Assembly: GCA_965246885.1 (NCBI GenBank)
Contig: OZ251992.1
Location: 1,344,001 to 1,408,000 of the forward strand
DNA from: Abditibacterium sp.
Lineage (GTDB): Bacteria > Armatimonadota > Abditibacteriia > Abditibacteriales > Abditibacteriaceae
Reading direction: 5' to 3'
DNA: 64,000 bases
The notes beneath the pieces were generated by a model. The model was given only the letters and a program-made list of their open reading frames with translations, had not been told where the DNA came from and made no database searches. The position numbers and the translations under genes are program-made. Within the stretch, counting starts at the first letter, position 1; the number at the start of each line of letters is the position of its first letter. Positions 57,344 to 64,000 of the stretch are shown piece after piece.

Positions 57344-58341
57344 GGCGTGGAGTTGGTGGAGATGGTGAGGAATCCGGTCGCGGGCGCTGCGGGTTCAATG
57401 GTGTAAAGGTTGGCTTTATAACCGCGCGAGAACCACTTGATGTGCCCATCAGTGAAGCAGATGTTCATGCCCTCTTTGTCGTGGAGGATGTGGCGGTAAG
57501 CGCGGCCCGTGAACGGCGCGGCGACACTGAGGGCCGGGTTGCTGGTCTCGTAAAGCTGGATGGTGAGCGCCGTCGCATTGATACCTGCGAGCGGAATTAA
57601 GCTCAGCTTCGAGTTGAAGGCATAGCCGTTCCCCTTGGACAGCGAGGGGCAACGGTAGATTGCACGGTTTTGAACGTAGGGCGGCGTGACATCCTGCCAC
57701 TTGCGCGCGGGCGGCATCCGTTCGTCGTAATCCTGCGTGTATTGCATGACGGCGATGCCCAACTGCTTCAAGTTTGATTGGCAGTTGACGTTGAGAAAGT
57801 TGCTGTTGGTGCGCAGCGAGGGCGAGACGACCCCGGTGTATTTCCACCACGACTCGTCCAAAGCCTCGCCCGACAGATTATTCCAGCGCGCGTAGGTCGC
57901 CTTCAAGTCCACCCGGTAGCCACCGTCTTCGGGGATGACGACGACCTCGCGGCCCGTCCCCGCCGCCCTCGGGGTGACCTGCACGAGAATTTGGCCGCCG
58001 TCCGCCGCGCCCGCTTTGGCCTCGAAGCGCGGCTCGTTGAACTCCTGATCGAGGAGGGCAAACAAGCGATTCAGTTGCTCGCCGGATGCCGCGAACTGCT
58101 TGGCTTGAACGCGCGAAATCAGGCCGTCTTGCGCGACCATATCCGCGCCAGCAATCCAACGTTCTGATCGTAGGTGTTGGTCTTCACTATTCGGAGCAAG
58201 CAAACGGTAAAACGCCGTCGCCGCCTCACCGGGCGTTTTGGCGGGGGCAGGGTAGGAGGTCTGGGCGTGGAGATAAGTCGCGCCGCCCAGAAAGGCGGCG
58301 CCGAACAAGGCGAGCAAGCGGGGTTTGAGCCAAGGTGACAT
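57340..58341 (-). CDS. DUF1559 / H-X9-DG domain protein, paralog 2
   Basis: CQSNLKQLGIAVMQYTQDYDE, YRCPS, NICFTDGHIKW. Confidence 0.85.
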   Translation of the reverse strand: MSPWLKPRLLALFGAAFLGGATYLHAQTSYPAPAKTPGEAATAFYRLLAPNSEDQHLRSERWIAGADMVAQDGLISRVQAKQFAASGEQLNRLFALLDQEFNEPRFEAKAGAADGGQILVQVTPRAAGTGREVVVIPEDGGYRVDLKATYARWNNLSGEALDESWWKYTGVVSPSLRTNSNFLNVNCQSNLKQLGIAVMQYTQDYDERMPPARKWQDVTPPYVQNRAIYRCPSLSKGNGYAFNSKLSLIPLAGINATALTIQLYETSNPALSVAAPFTGRAYRHILHDKEGMNICFTDGHIKWFSRGYKANLYTIEPAAPATGFLTISTNSTP

Positions 58342-58410
58342 AAGAAGCGCGGACGAGAAAACAGACGCCTTGCCAACTTTAACACAACCGCCCGCGCGGT
58401 GGAAGGGGCT

Positions 58411-60237
58411 TTAATCTCCCACTTTCAGGATGCTCAAGAACGCTTCTTGCGGGATTTCGACGCTACCGACCGACTTCATGCGCTTCTTGCCTTCCTTTTG
58501 CTTTTCGAGCAGCTTGCGCTTGCGGGAGATGTCGCCGCCGTAGCAGCGCGCGGTGACGTCTTTTCGCACGGCGGAAAGTTGCTCGCTCGCCACGATCTTG
58601 CTGCCGATGGCGGCTTGGATTTTAATGACGAACTGCTGGCGGTCAATCAGTTCTTTCATCTTCTCGCAGATCTGCTTGCCGCGCGTGTGGGCTTGGTCGC
58701 GGTGGCAGATGTAGGAAAGCGCGTCCACCATCTCGCCGTTGATGAGGATGTCCACTTTCACCATCGGCGACTGCTGGTAGCCCGTTATCTCGTAGTCCAT
58801 CGAAGCGTAGCCGCGCGTGCGGGACTTGAGTTGGTCGAAGAAATCCATCACTAACTCCGACAAGGGCAGATCATAAACGATGGAGTAGCGGCCCGCCGTC
58901 ACCACGTCCATTGACTTTTGGATGCCGCGCTTGTCATTGCACAGCTTGAGGACGGCGCCGACGTATTCCTGCGGGACGAGGATGGTCGTCGTCACCATCG
59001 GCTCCTCGACCTTCATCATTTCTCCGGGCGAGGGCATCTTCGAGGGGTTGTCTATCTCCTCGGCGACGCCGTTGGTGCGCGTGATGCGGTAGACAACGCT
59101 CGGCGCCGTTGCAATGAGCGATAGGTTGAACTCGCGCTCCAGCCGCTCTTGGATGATGTCCATATGCAGCAACCCCAAGAACCCGCAACGAAAGCCGAAG
59201 CCCAAGGCGGGCGACGAGTCGGCGGCATACACGAGCGAAGCGTCGTTGAGGCGCAGCTTGTCGAGGGCGTCGCGCAGTTCGGGGAACTCGTCGGCGTCTA
59301 TTGGGTAGAGTCCGCAGAACACCATCGGCTTCGGCTCGCGGTATCCGGCGAGGGCCTCGGTCGCGGGGCGCGCGGGGTTGGTCACGGTATCGCCGATGCG
59401 AACGTCTATCACGTCCTTGATGCCGCACACGATGTAGCCCGACTCCCCGGCGTAGAGTTCCTGAACGGGCGTCATCTTGGGGCGGAACACGCCCAATTCG
59501 ATGACCTCGAAGTTGGGGGAGCCGCCCATCATAGTAATCTTCTGCCCGGTCTTAAGCGTGCCTTCCTTGATGCGGACATACACCACGACGCCGCGATAGG
59601 TGTCGTAGGTCGAGTCGAAGATGAGGGCTTTAAGCGGCGCTTGGTCGTCGCCCTTGGGCGGCGGGATGCGCTTGACGATGGCTTCGAGCAAATCATCTAC
59701 GCCCAGCCCCGACTTGCCTGAAACGAGGAGGGCGTCGTTGGTGGGGATGCCGACGATTTCTTCGACTTCCTGCATGACGCGCAGGGGGTCGGCGCCGGGG
59801 AGGTCTATTTTGTTGAAGACGGGAACGATTTCGAGGTCGTTCATAATCGCCAAGTGCGCGTTGGCGAGGGTTTGCGCTTCGACGCCTTGACTCGCGTCCA
59901 CCACAAGCAACGCGCCCTCGCACGCGGCGAGCGCACGGGAGACTTCGTAGGTAAAGTCCACGTGGCCGGGGGTGTCAATGAGGTTGAGGACGTAATGCTC
60001 GCCATTGCGGGCCGTATAATCCAGCCGCACGGCACTGGCTTTGATGGTGATGCCGCGCTCGCGCTCCAAGTCCATCGAGTCGAGCATCTGCTCTTTCATA
60101 TCGCGCTGCGCGACGGCAGAGGTCATTTGCAGGATGCGGTCGGCGAGCGTGGATTTGCCGTGATCGATGTGCGCGATAATCGAAAAATTGCGAAGGTGGT
60201 CTTGCGGGACGCGCCCGGAACCATTGGAAGAACTCAC
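58411..60237 (-). CDS. lepA: Translation elongation factor 4
   Basis: [57 protein letters not shown]. Confidence 0.98.
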   Translation of the reverse strand: MSSSNGSGRVPQDHLRNFSIIAHIDHGKSTLADRILQMTSAVAQRDMKEQMLDSMDLERERGITIKASAVRLDYTARNGEHYVLNLIDTPGHVDFTYEVSRALAACEGALLVVDASQGVEAQTLANAHLAIMNDLEIVPVFNKIDLPGADPLRVMQEVEEIVGIPTNDALLVSGKSGLGVDDLLEAIVKRIPPPKGDDQAPLKALIFDSTYDTYRGVVVYVRIKEGTLKTGQKITMMGGSPNFEVIELGVFRPKMTPVQELYAGESGYIVCGIKDVIDVRIGDTVTNPARPATEALAGYREPKPMVFCGLYPIDADEFPELRDALDKLRLNDASLVYAADSSPALGFGFRCGFLGLLHMDIIQERLEREFNLSLIATAPSVVYRITRTNGVAEEIDNPSKMPSPGEMMKVEEPMVTTTILVPQEYVGAVLKLCNDKRGIQKSMDVVTAGRYSIVYDLPLSELVMDFFDQLKSRTRGYASMDYEITGYQQSPMVKVDILINGEMVDALSYICHRDQAHTRGKQICEKMKELIDRQQFVIKIQAAIGSKIVASEQLSAVRKDVTARCYGGDISRKRKLLEKQKEGKKRMKSVGSVEIPQEAFLSILKVGD

Positions 60238-60267
60238 GCCCCCAGTTTAGCGCCGCCCTTGGCGCCC

Positions 60268-60888
60268 TTAGTCTGCGTCGTTGTCATTGGCGGACGCGGG
60301 CAACACCAAGAGCGGTTCGGGCAGGTCGAGGTCTTCGTAGATGCCATCAAGCGGGAGAGTAACGCCGACGCTTTCGAGGGTGAGCGAGTCGGCGCGGGTG
60401 ATGAAAGAGCGATACAACCAGTCGTCGCCGCGACGGTGGAAATGCTCGACGCAAATCGAATCCTGCGCGACCAGCACATAGTCGGAAAGGGTTTCGATGC
60501 GCTTGTATTGCCCGAACTTGCCCTGCCGGTCGTAGGATTCGGTGCCGGGGGAGAGAACCTCAAAGATGACTTTGGGCGTAAGCAGAATTTGGTTGCCGCG
60601 TCCGGCGAACCGTCCCGGTGGCTCAAAGATGACGGCGTCGGGATAGGTTTCCAAGCCAGACGACTCGACTTTGACTTGCTTTTCGGAGTTGCGCGCTTTG
60701 TGGGAGTTGCCCCGTAGCGCGAGGCGAATCTCGTGGTAGAGATTGCCAATGATGACTGTGTGATTATCGGTTCCACCGGGCATAGGAAAGACCTCGCCGC
60801 CGAGCCACTCGTGCTTTTGCGAAGCGAACTCTTCCCCGTCGCGGTATTGCTCTTCCGAAATATAAGCGGGCGCGGCCAAAGCGTTCAT
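60268..60888 (-). CDS. Uma2/DUF820 family endonuclease-like protein
   Basis: KHEWLGGEVFPM.GGT..H, YPD, IFEVLSPGTESYDR..KF..Y; start reassigned to ATG 60888. Confidence 0.88.
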   Translation of the reverse strand: MNALAAPAYISEEQYRDGEEFASQKHEWLGGEVFPMPGGTDNHTVIIGNLYHEIRLALRGNSHKARNSEKQVKVESSGLETYPDAVIFEPPGRFAGRGNQILLTPKVIFEVLSPGTESYDRQGKFGQYKRIETLSDYVLVAQDSICVEHFHRRGDDWLYRSFITRADSLTLESVGVTLPLDGIYEDLDLPEPLLVLPASANDNDAD

Positions 60889-61083
60889 GCCGGACAGTTT
60901 GACGCCGTTTGGCGCGGCGTTCAATCGCGTTCCCTTGCTTCCCTTTTCCCTCTTTTTAGCGCAAATGGCAGCTTTGACGCTTAAAGATTGAACCGGGCGC
61001 GCGGGTTTGCTGTCGGAAGTGGCACCACCACCTTCGGGCGGCGCTCTAAGGGCTCTCTTCTTCGTCTCGCCATCGCCCAGACT

Positions 61084-62178
61084 ATGACCTTGTTTTCGAT
61101 GATTAGCCTTCCCCTGTCGCTTCCGCGCACTGCCGCGCCGCGCGTCGAGGACGTCTCCTCCGCAAACGGCGCCGTCAAGGAAGGCGACCGCGCGCAAGTG
61201 CTCATCTTGGCCAACCCCACCGCCGGAGCGCGCGGTAAGGCGGCCTCGCGCAAGCGGCAATTAGAGCGCGTGCGCGTCGAATTGGAAAAGCGCGGTTTCG
61301 CCGTTCACTTGGGCTTTGAGAACGAGTCGCGCGGCATCCGCGAACGCGCCCACAACGCCGCGCTCGCTGGAACCGACATCATCGTTGCCGCCGGAGGCGA
61401 TGGCACGGTCAACGCCGTCGCCAACGGCATGCTCCGCGCCACAAATGGCGCCCGCCCGCTTTCCCGCTTGGGCATCCTCCCGATGGGCACGGGCAACGTC
61501 TTCGCGCTCAACATGGGCATCCCTTCCGACTTCGCGGGCGCTTGCCGCATCATCGCCGGAGGCCACACGCGCCGCATAGACGTCGGCCTCGCCACCCCCC
61601 TCGCTTCGGCGCGGCCCACCCAAAAGAAGCGCGCCGCCCTGCCGCCCGATTCCACCGCGCCCTCCCCGCGCTACTTCCTGCTCATGGCGGGCGTGGGCTT
61701 TGACGCCAAAGTCATCGAGGACACCAGCCTGCGTCTCAAGATGATGTTGCGCGACTTCGCTTACGCGTTCCGCTCGTTGCAAAACGCCGTCGTGCATCAA
61801 GGCACCGAAATGACGCTCACCTTCGCCGACGGCACGCGGCATTGCCTCAACTCGTGGCTCCTCATGGCGGGTAACGCCGCTTCCTACGCGTGGGCCATCA
61901 AGTTCACCGAGCACGCGCGCCTCGACGACGGCAAGTTAGACCTCTGTCTTTTCCCCTTCGAGAACAAGCTGACCAGCTTGCAGCAGGTCATGCAACTCCT
62001 CATCGGCCAGCACATCGAACGCGGTAGCGCTGGATACTTCCAAACGACCGGCGTGAAAATCGAAGCGACACCCCCCGTGCCCGTCCAACTCGACGGCGAC
62101 GAATGGGGCACCACGCCGCTCGAACTCAAAATGTTCTCCGCGTCCCTCGACGTGCTGGCGCCGCCCGAAAACGAGTGA
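61084..62178 (+). CDS. Diacylglycerol kinase family (YegS/DagK-like) lipid kinase
   Basis: NPTAG, AGGDGT, LPMGTGN, GVGFDA, QLDGD; start uncertain. Confidence 0.9.
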   Translation: MTLFSMISLPLSLPRTAAPRVEDVSSANGAVKEGDRAQVLILANPTAGARGKAASRKRQLERVRVELEKRGFAVHLGFENESRGIRERAHNAALAGTDIIVAAGGDGTVNAVANGMLRATNGARPLSRLGILPMGTGNVFALNMGIPSDFAGACRIIAGGHTRRIDVGLATPLASARPTQKKRAALPPDSTAPSPRYFLLMAGVGFDAKVIEDTSLRLKMMLRDFAYAFRSLQNAVVHQGTEMTLTFADGTRHCLNSWLLMAGNAASYAWAIKFTEHARLDDGKLDLCLFPFENKLTSLQQVMQLLIGQHIERGSAGYFQTTGVKIEATPPVPVQLDGDEWGTTPLELKMFSASLDVLAPPENE

Positions 62179-62225
62179 GCGACGGGGGGCGCCGCTTGGG
62201 TGGCTTCGCTGGCAAACTGAAGGGC

Positions 62226-63071
62226 ATGAATCCCAAGTTGGAAGAACTCCGTCGGCAACTGCGCGACATGGGCCGCGTGGTCGTCGCTTATTCGGGCGGC
62301 GTGGACTCGGCGTTTCTGCTCCGTGTCGCCCGTGACGAGTTGGGCGAGAACTGCACCGCGATGATCGGCGTTTCGCCCAGTTTGCTCCCCGAAGAACTAA
62401 GCGAAGCGCGCGAGTTGGCAGTCCGCATCGGCGCCCCCCTGCGCGAAGTGCAAACCCACGAACTGGACAACCCCGACTACGCCGCCAACCCCAACAATCG
62501 CTGCTACTTTTGCAAGTCCACGCTGTGGCAGACACTTGTCCCGCTTGTCGAGGCGCAAGAATTGGGCACGTTGTGCGACGGCACCAACACCGACGACGCC
62601 CGCGAGTGGCGTCCCGGCGCGCGCGCGGGGGAAGAAAACGCCGTCCGCTCGCCGCTCCGTGACGCCGCACTTTCCAAGAGCGACATCCGCCATCTGTCCC
62701 ACGAGTTGGGACTGCCAACGTGGGACAAACCCGCTATGCCGTGCCTGAGTTCGCGCATCCCCTACGGCCAAAGCGTGACGAGCGAAGCGCTCCACCGCAT
62801 CGGACGCGCCGAAGTGTGGCTGCGCGAGCGCGGCCTGCGCGAAGTGCGCGTGCGCCACTTCCTCGAAAACGACCTCCCCCAAGCCCGCCTCGAAATCGCG
62901 CCGGGGGAGTTGCCGCACATCTTCCCCTTCTACGAGGAAGCCGCCGCGCATCTGCGCGGCTTGGGCTTCGCGTCCGTTCTGCTCGACTTGGAAGGCTACC
63001 GGCGCGGACGCCTCAACGAAAACACCACGCCCCCCGCTTCCAATTGGGCACCCATCACCCTGTCGCTGTAA
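62226..63071 (+). CDS. larE: ATP-dependent sulfur transferase LarE (PP-loop)
   Basis: AYSGGVDS, RCYFCK, DGTNTDD, RPG, PCLSSRIPYG, VRVRH. Confidence 0.9.
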   Translation: MNPKLEELRRQLRDMGRVVVAYSGGVDSAFLLRVARDELGENCTAMIGVSPSLLPEELSEARELAVRIGAPLREVQTHELDNPDYAANPNNRCYFCKSTLWQTLVPLVEAQELGTLCDGTNTDDAREWRPGARAGEENAVRSPLRDAALSKSDIRHLSHELGLPTWDKPAMPCLSSRIPYGQSVTSEALHRIGRAEVWLRERGLREVRVRHFLENDLPQARLEIAPGELPHIFPFYEEAAAHLRGLGFASVLLDLEGYRRGRLNENTTPPASNWAPITLSL

Positions 63072-63085
63072 ACTCACTCGTGAGT

Positions 63086-63343
63086 TTAGAAGTGCCAGTT
63101 CTTCCATAGCCACACTCCCGCCACCAGCAACCAAAACGCCGCGATGCCAAGGGGCTGCTTCGCCCAACATTTCGTGTCGCGCTTGCCGTTCCATACCGCC
63201 ATGCCAAAGAACAGGGCCGCCCCCGTCGCCGCCAAGGGCAGCGCGAAGCGGCCCGTCAAGAGGCAAAAGAGCGCGATCTTGCACAAGCTGAACGCCACTT
63301 TTTCAAAGGCTTCGCCGCGCGCGGGTCGGGGGTCGGGGTGCAT
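63086..63343 (-). CDS. Small membrane protein
   Basis: Hydrophobic ~85-aa ORF co-oriented with the lgt-like gene. Confidence 0.55.
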   Translation of the reverse strand: MHPDPRPARGEAFEKVAFSLCKIALFCLLTGRFALPLAATGAALFFGMAVWNGKRDTKCWAKQPLGIAAFWLLVAGVWLWKNWHF

Positions 63344-63368
63344 AGGGTAAACGTTTATCATCTCGAAA

Positions 63369-63497
63369 TCCCGGCGCTAAAGCACCGGGCTACACGTTGG
63401 CTACGCCAACCACTGCCCGCCCTCACGGGCACTTTGGACACGAAGGTGGCCTGTTGAACGCGCAGCGTTCGTGTAGCCCGGTGCTTTAGCGCCGGGA
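63369..63497. repeat. GTAG-type REP doublet (family C)
   Basis: Perfect 28-bp IR tcccggcgctaaagcaccgggctacacg / cgtgtagcccggtgctttagcgccggga. Confidence 0.88.
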
Positions 63498-64000
63498 AAC
63501 CAAGGAGATGTGCGTCAAATCAGGGGGTTTTTGGCGAGACCATCTCCACGCCCACACCATCCCCATCGAAAGGGCCGCTTCCAAACACACGAGTTGCACC
63601 CCCGACAAGCCGTGCCACACGACGGCGCGCTCGCGGAAGAACTCGACGAGGAAGCGGCTCAGGCTATACAGCACGACGAAAACGCGGAACAAATCGCCCT
63701 CGCGCGGCAGTTTGGGACGCAGCCACAACAGGAAGCCAAGCAACAGCAGCGCGCTCGCGCAGGAATACAACTGCGCCGGATGCCGCGGCGCGCCCTCTTG
63801 GAAGACGGCCCACGCGCCATTCCATTTGGTGCCAACGCAGCAGGGGTTCAGGAAGCATCCGATGCGTCCGACCGCTTCGCCCGCGAGGATGGCCAGCGCC
63901 CATCCGTCACCCGTCGAGCGACCGATGCCCAACCTCCGCTTGGCCCACCACACGGCCACAAAACCGCACGCCAACGCGCCGATGATGGACTTGCCGCCAC
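63486..64000 (-). CDS. Prolipoprotein diacylglyceryl transferase family protein, 3' part (runs off window end)
   Basis: GGKSIIG, GRIGCFL..CC, RHPAQLY, RFLVEFFR. Confidence 0.8.
   Translation of the reverse strand, partial: GGKSIIGALACGFVAVWWAKRRLGIGRSTGDGWALAILAGEAVGRIGCFLNPCCVGTKWNGAWAVFQEGAPRHPAQLYSCASALLLLGFLLWLRPKLPREGDLFRVFVVLYSLSRFLVEFFRERAVVWHGLSGVQLVCLEAALSMGMVWAWRWSRQKPPDLTHISLVSRR

Overview
GC-rich bacterial chromosomal window, probably Armatimonadota (Abditibacterium-like). That assignment is an inference from the tandem DUF1559/H-X9-DG proteins and the general gene content. Housekeeping genes (moeB fragment, two dapF paralogs, dapL, clpS, mltG, acnA, lepA, larE, lgt-like, tRNA-Leu(CAG)) are mixed with transporters (MFS and two peptide-type ABC clusters) and secreted proteins. 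Three defence/addiction-type islets are present: (i) DUF1778 antitoxin + GNAT toxin + orphan N4-C methyltransferase; (ii) antitoxin + extended PIN toxin facing a PD-(D/E)XK-like nuclease; (iii) a type III R-M locus. The most striking structure is the type III locus. A REP-associated HUH tyrosine transposase (RAYT) sits between mod and res, and both RAYT and res are individually bracketed by the same inverted REP, so res looks like a RAYT-addressable cassette. The window also holds five degenerate 21-bp-period tandem arrays (three beside the defence islets, one translated inside a gene), several families of long intergenic palindromes, and many apparently leaderless genes with a -10-like hexamer 6-7 nt before the start codon. 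All calls come from reading motifs by eye; no database searches were run.
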